Part shown: piece by piece, positions 11,263-21,268 of the stretch
Numbering within the stretch: the first letter of the stretch is position 1
Layout: each line of letters opens with the position of its first letter
Source: Octopus sinensis
Taxonomy: Eukaryota
Assembly: GCF_006345805.1 (NCBI RefSeq)
Contig: NW_021834045.1
Span: 1 to 27,406, forward strand
Reading direction: 5' to 3'
Length of the DNA stretch: 27,406 nucleotides
Translations under genes and position numbers: made by a program
The notes under the pieces: generated by a model
The model's database searches: none
What the model saw: the letters and a program-made list of their open reading frames with translations, nothing else
Told to the model about the DNA's origin: nothing

Positions 11263-11640
11263 TTTTAAATTTACCAGAATTTAAAGCTTCCAATGATGGC
11301 TTGATCGTTTTAAGAAACGGCATCAACTTTTTTTAAACAATTTCTGGTGAAAAAAAGTCATGCGACACATCCATGCTGAAAAGCTTCTTTAAAACTTATA
11401 ATAATCACATGGAAGCATATTTCAGCAAGGATATCTTCAACTGCGATGAGACTGGATTATTTGTCAAAAAATCCGACTGTAGATCCTTCGTAGAGTTAAC
11501 GGACACTTGTAGTGGTGTCAAAAAATAAAGAAAGAGTTACCGTTCTTTTATGTACAAATTCAATTGGTGAGAAAATGAAGCCTTTGGTAATCGGAAAATA
11601 CAAGTCTCCTCGTTGTTTGAAAAATTTTAATATTGTTCAT
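11263..11640 (+). mobile_element. Tigger/pogo transposase fragment
   Basis: LNLPEFKASN[G]WLDRFKKRH..ISGE..KDIFNCDETGLF..KERVTVLLCTNSIGEKMKPLVIGKYKSPRCLK, with frameshifts. Confidence 0.88.
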
Positions 11641-11699
11641 CAGGAAAATTAAATTACAAAAACAATAAAAATGGAAAATGTTCCAAAATCGTTGTATTC

Positions 11700-12181
11700 A
11701 TCGTTAATCTGATAAAGATAAACGCCCTCAATCATCAAAACTTCAAATCTTTTATAAATGATATTGATGCCGATTGTGGAGATGTTGTTCGTTATACTGC
11801 AGTTAGATGGTTGAGTCGTTCTGTTTGTTTAAAAAGCTATATGATAATTTTTTTTTGCTTTCTGAAATTAAAGAGTTTATTCCTCATAAACAACAATATC
11901 TTCAACTGAATAATCAAAATAGGTTGCAGACTTTGAATTTTTTGTTGATTCTTCATTACATATTTCGGATTTGAACACTGATTTATAAGGAAAAGACAAC
12001 CTTTGCTATCAATTATATGGATTTATATCCTCTTTATTCAAAAAACTATATTTGCGACGATAGCACTCAACTCTAAAGTGCATGTACCCAGTAAAATAAA
12101 AATCATACGTATTTTGTTCCGTTCAAACTGAAATAAAAAATATATTATCTTCATTAAGTTAACCAAAAAATTTGCGGCCCT
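11700..12181 (+). mobile_element. hAT (SPIN/ZBED5-like) transposase fragment
   Basis: NALNHQNFKSFINDIDADCGDVVRYTAVRWLSRSVCLK. The subterminal motif tttgcggccc at ~12171 resembles that of the 4968-5473 element. Confidence 0.8.
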
Positions 12182-12369
12182 TATAAATAGAAAATTTGAT
12201 TTGTGAATTCAGGTCTGTATGTTAATTGACAATTTCTTCGAACATCAAAAAGGTCTGATTTCTGCATTTTAAAAATAAAAAGCTCTGTATTTGAAATTTG
12301 TCGGAAAACTGGAAATGATTGAAGAAAAATATTTATTTAAAAAGAAGCTGTTAGTAGAGGGTAGACAAG

Positions 12370-12540
12370 GACCTTCAGCATTCCTGTCTTTTCAGTCCCG
12401 CACACACGCTCACCTCTCAGCCTCAAACTAAGACTTACCAAAAGCGGAGAAGGGAATACATTCAGCCAGGAGCCTGAGTATGGCTGACAGGCGGAACGGA
12501 AACAAGCCAGTCTGTGTTGGTCGAGGAGTGGTTCCAAGTC
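12370..12540 (-). mobile_element. CRE-like retrotransposon fragment (post-RT region)
   Basis: RLACFRSACQPYSGSWLNVFPSP..LRL resembles the 'RL.A...HSGDWL.A.P' motif recalled from CRE-like REL elements. Confidence 0.5.
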
Positions 12541-12699
12541 AGTTGAAAATCAACGCCAAAGAATTTTGTCCCAATCCCGCTGAGAAAGACATCGGAAGGT
12601 ACTTCAGAGAAATTGTGTTTCCAAAGTGCAAGCCTATTTTAAATTATCTAATTAAAAATCTAGATTTTCAGTGATTTCTCTTCTTCGCTTGGAAGAAGA

Positions 12700-13530
12700 A
12701 TTTTCTATAAACTTTCTTTCATTTTATATTTCTGCGTCAATAATTTTATTCAATTGAGTGTCCTCACGAGATGCCACCTCTGTAAGTTGATTGGCGGCAG
12801 AGGCGTACTCCTCGTTGTCTACCTTCATCACATGTCTGTACCCGATAAGCATACTCTCTAGCGTCCTCTTCATCACAACCTGGATGTATGTCCTCGTTCC
12901 TTCTTCAATGGATAACTTCTTCATATGACTTTTAAAGAACTTTGAGACAACTCCATCCCATGTCAAGACAATTCGAATAATCTTCACTTTTGCTTAATAG
13001 AAAACCGACAGTTCGTTTCCAAGCAGGTCGTATTCGTGAAATTTCACCACTTCAACTTGCTTTAAACGGTCTTGCGAGGTAATTCCCACTTCGATTAAAT
13101 GAATTTCTTTTTTTCTTTTGTCATAAACGAAAATAACAGGTTTATTGAATTGGACTTTTGTTTCAGTCATAATTGAAGTGTCAACTCTGATTTCGACATT
13201 TTGGGTCGACATTATTATTATTTTAACCCAAGAATCACCAACAGTTAATTAGGGTAATTAATTAGGTGATTCCAACAATCCTCAAAATCTTTCTCAGCTT
13301 TGACACAACCGAATGTCCTTTCAATTTCCTGCTTCGTTTAATTCCATACATTCGACACAAGTGGAGATGAATACACTTTACCACTTCGTTGTGTCTTCGA
13401 AAATAATCACTGTTTAGCATCCTACCACACCGCGTGGCTGATGGTCAACAGTCTGTTTGCTTTTTTGCAATGGATGCATAGTGATCCCGTGTATGCAAAG
13501 AACAAATTTCTATTTTGAACGAAATTGAGT
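12700..13530 (-). mobile_element. 3' fragment of an REL-endonuclease retrotransposon, same family type as 1390-1985
   Basis: QNRNLFF..CIHCKK..VDHxATRC..DYFRRHNEVVKCIHLHLCRMYG (CCHC and RHN motifs), then NVEIRVDT..NKPVIFVYDK..LIEVGITSQDRLKQVEVVKFHEYDLLGNEL..VLTWDGVVSK. Confidence 0.88.
13212..13306 (-). mobile_element. ~95-bp 3' stub of a LINE related to LINE-A
   Basis: KLRKILRIVGIT* followed by ttaatta..ggtgattcttgggttaaaataataata parallels the LINE-A end KLRTLLREAGIT* ttaatta..ggtgatcttggttctaataataa. It interrupts the REL element between HSV and MSTQNVEIRVD. Confidence 0.75.
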
Positions 13531-13933
13531 TATTAAATTAATCTGATCATATGGAGAATCTCGGGTTGACAGTGATCATAAAATAGTCGGTGGATGTTTC
13601 AGCATCAACAAACACCATGCGCCCCTCAACGCGGAAAGACTCGCCAATCTGATCCCCAGGATAACGGCGATCGTTTTATAGAGAGGCAGAAAAAAACATT
13701 CGTTATTGGGGGGTCGGATCTTGGAGTCGATTTTGCACAAATTCATCTCCAACTTCCACCGAGAATCAAAAAAAGCAATCTTTTAATGTTTTTTCAATTT
13801 TGTTAGTTGCTAAAAATTATTCGTTTTTTAAAATAAATCTTTTGAAAAATTATGTAAAACGAGCTTTTAGTTCTCTGGAAATGAAAGTACAAAATACCTG
13901 GAAAGGATGGAACTTTAATAAAAGTACAAATTC

Positions 13934-14296
13934 GTGGATGCTGAGGTTCAGACTGACGATATCTCTGAATCCATGTCAAACACTTTGAAAACTGCGACAC
14001 CCACTATATCTACGCAAAAACCAAAATTAAAGTTGGAACAAGGCGTAAACACAACCGAATATATGACTCAACCCAAAAAAGGCATGAAACTCGGGGACAC
14101 TTCCAAATCAAACCCGGGACAACCACCATGCAACATACAGGTGGCAGATGAAAAGACAAATGCAATTGAACATTTAAAAGCAAAACTGGAGGACCTCCAT
14201 CTTAAATCGAAAACGACGACTAAAAAAACGTTTAAAAATTTACTGGAACTGGTGGCGCTCGTTATGGAGGACAGTCACCAAAACTTGACGAGATGA
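13934..14296 (+). CDS. short ORF1-like frame of LINE-B (low-complexity N-part, predicted helical C-part)
   Basis: 120-codon open frame (first ATG ~13974) whose stop overlaps the ORF2 ATG. No recognisable gag knuckle. Confidence 0.45.
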   Translation: MDAEVQTDDISESMSNTLKTATPTISTQKPKLKLEQGVNTTEYMTQPKKGMKLGDTSKSNPGQPPCNIQVADEKTNAIEHLKAKLEDLHLKSKTTTKKTFKNLLELVALVMEDSHQNLTR

Positions 14297-16879
14297 GCGT
14301 TTTTACGCTTATCAACGCCCGGTCAATTCGGAAACGGGCTACGGAGCTAACCTACTTGGTTAGCTCGGTAAACATGGACATATTGGTTGTTAATGAAACG
14401 AAGCTTAAGGGAAATCAGCATCATAAAATCCATGGTTTTCAGTCGATTGATATCCCATGGCGACCTGACGCAGTGGCTGGCACTGGGACATCCATATATT
14501 ATAAAGACAATCTGATGGTGAGGGACTTGAAAATCGTCGAACAAAATTTGTGCGAACTGATTACATTGAAACTACTAACATCCCTTGGATGGATATCTGT
14601 CGGAGCTATGTACTCCAAAGCAATGAAGAATTATCAAAATCTTATTGAAGAATTTTTCCAGAACAATGATAGAGGAATTCTAATAGGAGACCTTAACGCA
14701 AAACACACATCGTACGGATGTGCCAACACAAATTCGGACGGTAATATACTCCTCAGATTATCGGAGAACTGCGGTTTTAGTGTTTTGACCTCACGAGAAC
14801 CAAACCACTTCTCTTGTTATGGAGAGGATTGTATTGGAGTTTTCCTCGTATCGGCAGATCTTGTTCATCAATGCAGCATACCAAGGATTGAGATAAACAT
14901 TGGTAGTGATCACCTACCTCAATCCTTGTGTATGCGAACATCATCTACGATATGCGAAGATCTGTTTATCGGATACGATACGTCTCGGACAATCTGGTCG
15001 GACCTTGAGGTATCAATGAAAAAGCATTTGACACCGTATCCAATACAAAACATCTCTTCGAATATACAAATTGAAAAACTTGATAAAATTCTCAGAGAAG
15101 CTATACTGGACTTTCTCCGAAAATCTTCAATCAGGAAATACATCATGTCAAATACTAACAGAAAAACCCGGATTGACGAATCTTTGGGAAAACTTATAAA
15201 ATGGAAGGGAAACCTTGAAAGAAGCTAAGACGATGCAGTGACCCCATAGATCGTATTCGTCTTCGGGATAAGATTCGTACCGTGAAAATAGAGATAAATG
15301 ATGTCGCAAAAAAAATTCAGACCTTGCTTGGAAGAGTCAATGCTCGAAACTGAATAAGAAAAACCCTCATTTTTGGAAGGTTTTCAACAGACTGAGTAAT
15401 ATGGAGAACAAAGGAGAAGAGATCCGACTAAAAACAACTGAAGGAATAGATATCCCGCTCGATGAAGTTCCCTCACATCTGCGAAGTCAACTGGCAAAAG
15501 TTCAAGAGGTGGATCCGATCGACATGGTTCCGAAAGAAGTTATATGTGAGGCTCAGAGAAGTCTAAGAGCTAATTTGAGTCATACGGGACCACTGTGCAG
15601 AGACATAACGTTGGAAGAAACGTATGCCGCAATTATGAGCTGCAAGAATAATGCACCCGGCCATGACTACATTCCAATTTCTGTATTCAAACATGCTCCA
15701 AATATTCTCCTACGATACTTGACCGCACTATACAATGCAAGCTGGAGACTTGGATACGTACCGGACTCTTGGAAAAAGTCAATCGTACGTATGATTCCAA
15801 AGCCTGGAAAAATAAAGGACCATGCAGAGAACTATAGGCCGATAAGCCTAATATGCTCCGTCTCTAAAATTATGGAACGGATTGTCTTCACAAGACTTTC
15901 GAACTTCGTAGAGGAATCAGGTGCACTTGCAGTAGAGCAGTGGGGATTCCGACGAAAAAGATCCTGTGGTGATTGTTTCGGAGAACTCGAGAAAGTCATC
16001 TCGCTTAGTCTTGCTAATAATACAGCGACTATTGCTATCTGCCTCGATGTCTCAAAAGCTTTTGACAGCGTATGGCACCTGGGCCTCTTGGAAAGTGTCG
16101 CCAAGAGCAAACCCGGGTCTAAAACGGTCAATTGGCTGAAGAGCTATTTATCAATGAGAAGGTCATACATACGATGCGGAAACCGTTTGTCGGAATCTGT
16201 CGATCTCAAAAGAGGGGTACCTCAAGGCTCGGTCTTGAGCCCCCTGCTTTTTAATATTTACGTTGCTGATATTCCAAAACCGAAAGATCCTACCAGTCGT
16301 CTCATGATCTACGCGGACGACATATTAATAACGGATGCTTCGTGGAGAAAAGACATCTCGTGGAGGAAGTTAAAAGGATACGTGACAAGAGTGGAAGAAT
16401 GGTGCATATCAAAAGGACTGACGCTTGCAAAAGAAAAGTGCACCGCCACTTGGATTGCAAAACAGGGAGCAAAACGAAAACCGCCGAGAAACCTCTATGG
16501 GTTTACAGTAACGGAGAACCTGAAATACCTTGGGGTTGAAGTTGGATCCAAGGGTTCTTACTTCAGATACATCGACTCGAGGAGAAGGAAATGCGCTCAA
16601 ATTCTCAGGAGCATAATTCACTTCCACCTTTCCCCGGAAACGTTTTTATATGTTTATAAAACGTGCGTCGAACCATTGCTTACCTACGGGTTCGAGGGAT
16701 GGTATCCTACTGCTGAAAGGGATGGCATTATCGCTAAGCTCGAAAAGACGAGGCGATATGCCATCAAATTGGCAAATGGACTCCAGTTGGACCAACCCAT
16801 CCCTCAAGTGATGGAAGACGCGACGGAAACGGTTGGAAGTGTTCTTGAGAGAGCCTTTTCTTCTCGAATTAAATATTAA
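14293..16879 (+). pseudogene. LINE-B ORF2 (APE endonuclease + reverse transcriptase), broken by two 1-nt deletions
   Basis: INARSI, VVNETKL, LIGDLNA and GSDHLP (APE). YRPISL, QWGFR, LDVSKAFDSVWH, GVPQGSVLSPLLF, YADD and KYLG (RT). Adding 1 nt at ~15224 and 1 nt in the A8 run at ~15310 joins ORFs 14293-15228 and 15401-16879 into ~860 aa. Confidence 0.92.
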
Positions 16880-16970
16880 AAAAAAAAAAAAAAAGAGGGA
16901 AACAACGAAGAAGAGGCATACGTTGTCTCATTAACTTTCTCCCTCTTTTTCGGCTTTTCCGTTAATAAAA

Positions 16971-16990
16971 ATTCATTCATTCATTCATTC
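16971..16990 (+). repeat. (ATTC)5 LINE 3' tail
   Basis: attcattcattcattcattc, ~90 nt after the ORF2 stop. Confidence 0.85.
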
Positions 16991-17129
16991 AGTTAGTCTG
17001 TGAAAATTTAAGAACATTAAGCTGTTTGAAGAGATCGCATATCGCACTTGTTTATCAAAAGGCTTTGATTTGGCATGACTAAGGTTCAAAAAAGTTGAAT
17101 AGCTAATAAAATTACTATCTATTAACCTT

Positions 17130-17780
17130 ATGTCTGGAAAAATTAGGTCGATTTGATGTACACACGTGAGGATCTCGTGGGTGTTTTTGTCGGGAAATAA
17201 AGACTCATTAATATGTAAAGTTGAGACTGTTCAACTATTCAAATTTGTTAATTGACTAATTTATAATATGTTTAGGGAAATTTGTTAATGTATTCTAGAG
17301 ATTTTATCAATAAACTGCATAATTCCAGGCCTCTTCTAGAAGGGTCTTTATGGATAGGCCATTAGCATACATTGTAGTAGCCTATAAAGAAACTAAGGTA
17401 TAGGAACGTCTGATTCCAGCTTTGCATGCAAAAACGTTCATAAAAATCAAATTGATATATAACAATATTTTTAATTTATTTATTTTCTCATTTACATTGT
17501 AAGTCTGACATCTTAAGTTACATGGTTCCTTAGTTTGAGATAGTAAAAAGGTTTAGAGGAGGTCGAACAAGTTAATATAGTAGACCATCAAGGGAGGCAG
17601 TTGTCCTGGAAAAATCACGTCGTTTGGTTGCACACAAGTGGAGATCTCGCGTTTATTTTTGGTGAAAATAAAAACGCAATTTTAGATTTAAATAATGATT
17701 TATTATGTTTCTTGCCACTAAGGTAAATTTTGTTGACGTATTTGATCAAATTGAGTAAGATACTTGCGGTTTGATATATT
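17130..17780 (+). repeat. diverged tandem duplication (~470-bp offset) of an unidentified coding-like segment
   Basis: ctggaaaaattaggtcgatttgatgtacacacgtgaggatctcg (~17132) versus ctggaaaaatcacgtcgtttggttgcacacaagtggagatctcg (~17608). A second shared block aaatttgttaatgtatt / aaattttgttgacgtatt follows. Stops occur in both. Confidence 0.55.
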
Positions 17781-18289
17781 ACAATAGGGGACTCAAATAG
17801 ATCCGAAGTTGACCCTGAATGCCTATCGCACGTGGTGCACCCACTAGAAACAATTAACACCCACCAAATTTAATCGCTTTAAAACATAATAATTTATAAC
17901 TAAATTAACTAAAATTTGCTCCTGCGTTCGGAAATCACCTCGGTTTTCTCCTCAGACCTTCCTAAAGAAATCAGGGACAGAATTCATAACTCTCTCTAGG
18001 AAGATCTGATGAGTTTTCTGAATACAGAAATGAATTTAGAACGTCAAGATTAACGTTTATATATATTTTTAATTGCTAATTATGTATTTGTGATTTGTTT
18101 AGAATTAAAATGTTTTATTACATGTTCCCACTAGAAACAGTCAAATTAAATTTAAATACACAATTAAGTTGTAATAAAATATAACTATATCAGCTAAAAT
18201 TTTCTGGCGAACTCAAAAAACAAGTTCTTTTTTATGTTAGACATTTCTTCGTGGAGACAAGGGACCAATTTCTAGATCTCGAAGTATGA

Positions 18290-18393
18290 AGGTGTGATCT
18301 CATATCTGATAACATTTTCAATTAGAGATTTGAAACACGTGCGTTTAATGGAGAACATGCTGGGGAACATAGAGGATCAATTACAATTAAGAG
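18290..18393 (+). pseudogene. truncated duplicate of intron 1/exon 2 of the LRR gene
   Basis: gtgcgtttaatggagaacatgctggggaacatagaggatcaattacaattaagag occurs at ~18339-18393 and ~18858-18912. Both copies are preceded by an equivalent acceptor (attag|agatttg versus attag|ggatttg). Confidence 0.8.
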
Positions 18394-18731
18394 TTTTTTC
18401 ACACGTCTCTTCATAGGCACGCTTAGAAAATGCATGTTTTTGAATGTTCGCAAATGTTTTCTGAAGCAAGCTGTGTTTAGTTGCTTTTTCTACATATGAG
18501 CACTGAATAATTCCCAATTGTCGCCGGGCATATTTCTGTATTTTCTTACTTCGAGCTGTCATTTCTTACCGCAGTATCAGTTCTCCATGCCGTAATCACT
18601 CAGTTACAACAAATTTAAAGTCCTTCTGTCAGTTTTTTAGGTTTCCTGATTTGAAATTTAATATATTAACAAAAACAGTTTAATAAATGTATTAATTAAA
18701 TGTCTAACCAATGAGTTATTTTCAATAAAAT

Positions 18732-19330
18732 ATGACCTTTAATTACATGGTACCACTTGTCCTACTTTTTCTTGACTTTGTGATCAACAGTGACTGTGAT
18801 CTAAGACTTTGGTTTTTTAAGAATTGCTTATTTTACATTAGGGATTTGAACAACTGTGCGTTTAATGGAGAACATGCTGGGGAACATAGAGGATCAATTA
18901 CAATTAAGAGAAACGTTACATTTCCAAATGGAGAAATATTCTCGAATTTAACAAACTTGGAGACATTGTAATCAACATTTTACCTACACTAGTCAATGTA
19001 ATGGAGATTCGCTAAAGAGAATACTAAACAACTCATTTGATGGTTTGATTCACCTATACTATATGTACATTCAAATATTTTAAATCATTAGAGCACTGTA
19101 TCACTGTAGTAAACTTAGTTACGTGAATGTAGATGCCTTTGCACGTCTAGACAGTATAGATTATCTGTACAAATCTTGTTCTAACATTAAAGTTACATGC
19201 CATCAAATTTCATTTTCCAGTCGCCAAAAATCGGTCGTCCCCTCAAGCTTTAGTATTTTAAATTACTGAGTGTGTAGTATTATTGATAACCAGAAAATGT
19301 GCATATTCACGAATGGGGCGCAACCCGTAA
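18732..19330 (+). CDS. secreted or receptor-type leucine-rich repeat protein (glycoprotein-hormone-receptor-like ectodomain), 5' exons; 3' end unresolved
   Basis: Hydrophobic N-terminus MTFNYMVPLVLLFLDFV. Five phase-2 GT-AG introns (18812-18841, 18968-18992, 19065-19091, 19167-19192, 19253-19277). Exons of 72, 75 and 60 nt give an uninterrupted frame IFSNLTNLETFQCNGDSLKRILNNSFDGLIHLYYIALYHCSKLSYVNVDAFARLDSIDYLYMP..KLYIIDNQKM. Confidence 0.8.
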
Positions 19331-19911
19331 TGTATACTTGGATATTCATCTGTAAGGATTACGAGTGCAGCTATCAAAAAATTACGCTGACCACTTTAAC
19401 TAACAAAAGTGTGAATATAGAACCAGATATAAATTACCAGGGAGTACTAATATCGGAACCTGCAGATGGTGGATTAGTTTACTCACAATAGATTGCAACC
19501 TCTGCTACCATCCCACCCCAATAAATATGATATGCAGAAAGGATCGTGTTCAATCAAAAATTAGAATATCAGTTATTAACTAATCTAATTATTTGTTCTA
19601 ATATTTCCTTGTTCTACTTCTTATCTCTTATTGGTGTTACATGCAGTAGTCAAAGATACATTATCTATCACAAATATATGTTGAGATTCGGCTCTCCGAG
19701 AAATGACTCTCTCGATTGTCAATCCAAAATTGACATTATAAAAATCTGCTGTTGGACTATTTTTAATAAATAATTTTAAGGCTGAAACTGCTATGGTTAA
19801 TAATTGGTGATTTTTTTCAATATCAGATAATTGCATAAGATTTTCCGTGGACAAATGTTATGCAATTAACCGATTTCTCTTTTAATATATAAATTAAGCC
19901 AACATGGACAC

Positions 19912-20830
19912 ATGTTTCATATTTTATTGCTGTTCTTGTGTACTTTTATTTATTGTATCATAAAAAAGTATAATTTATAAATACTTTCACCTAAATTTGA
20001 TTTTTCACATTTATTTATTCTTTATAATTTGTTTTTTTATTTGTTATTTTCATTCTTTTTATTTTTATTGGTTCTTTAAAGCATTTTTTAGAAATTTTCT
20101 TTAAAGGTATTTTATGACCTTATAAACATAATTAACAATGAATCGCTTTTTTAGACGTTCCTCTCTCATTACAACGGTTCATAAATTATTGACTTCTCTA
20201 TATACATTTATATTAATTTAAATATTCTTGCAATAATTCATATGATTAATGAACCGTTTAAATGTGACAAACTGTTTTATTTTGTCATTCTTGAAAGTAA
20301 CGAACTCTTTCCCCCGTGCAATCAATGATTACTTTTAGATTTCGGAAGAATGTTTGGCATATTGGATAGTTAAATAAGCTAACTGTTTGATTTGGAGTTT
20401 TGCCAAAATTCTCTGGTAACTATAAGTTTTTGTAAACAACTTTTTGAAGCATAATTGTATAGAATTTATTCCAATGTTAATCTTGAAACATTGGAAGAAC
20501 CATACATTGCCCTAAATGGTGAAAATAACAAATTAATTTAAAATTACTAGCCAAAGTAAAGACAAGAATAACTAATAGCATTCCAACTCTCATGTTTCCA
20601 GAGAGTGTTTTAAATTTTAAAGACTTTAATTACGATTGCTAATTCATCTTCATTTTCGATTCAAGAAAATTCAAAATAGCTGGTAAAAGTTTTATAAATT
20701 TTTGTAAATCAGTGCCTTTGGACAAACAACTAAGCTCAAGGAGTTTCCCCCCCTGAGTTTCCTCTCTGCCCATTACTAACTTTATTTGTTTTCAGTATCT
20801 CAAATTGGCAATAAAACATCAAGTATATAA
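19912..20830 (+). pseudogene. possible second, degraded intron-rich secreted-protein (LRR-like?) gene
   Basis: ATG 19912 gives MFHILLLFLCTFIYCII. Candidate introns at ~20520-20550, ~20682-20711 and ~20744-20796 (the last has a TACTAAC branch point). I could not assemble a stop-free model. Confidence 0.3.
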
Positions 20831-21268
20831 AAAAATAAATTATTTTCCACTAATTGATAAGACTTACGGGAAAGTCTTTAAAGTCCTCTAAAAGATTTTG
20901 TATCCAATGCCTCTATTTTATATCCGAGTAAATTAAAAAATAGAAAATAACTTAAGAAATAAACAGAAATTGGAATTTTATATCAAAGAATGTGTTAATT
21001 TATTCGTAATAAAGTTGCAAATTGAGAAAGTGAATATAACACATTGTTTCCAAGTAATGCAAGTAGGAGAACATACGAAGCGACGGGTCATAACACCCAA
21101 AAATAGAATTCGGAAAAATTGTATGTGCCAACAAGATTCATACCCCGCATTGGTGGTATCCCGAGATTGATCACTGGGCGAAGATGTGAACCCCTGCTAG
21201 CAGGAGTCGTGCTTTTATGGGTGATATTCCTTGACTGTTCCTCGTCACCTGACTCAATGCTCTTGTTA

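Larger units (their letters stand above)
13880..16990 (+). mobile_element. LINE-B: near-intact APE-RT non-LTR retrotransposon without RNase H
   Basis: A short upstream ORF ends at 14296 and overlaps the ORF2 start by ATGA. ORF2 has APE and RT domains. The 3' UTR carries an A17 run, a stem-loop and an (ATTC)5 tail at 16971-16990. The 5' boundary is uncertain. Confidence 0.93.

Noticed and set aside
17981-18036. Hammerhead-ribozyme-like arrangement: AATTCA-UA ... CTGATGA ... GAAA-TGAATT with a perfect stem III
   Set aside because: Stems I and II pair poorly, an extra A precedes GAAA, and the segment also reads as a coding remnant (DLPKEIRDRIHNSL*EDLMSFL). Probably chance. An Infernal search with hammerhead models would settle it.
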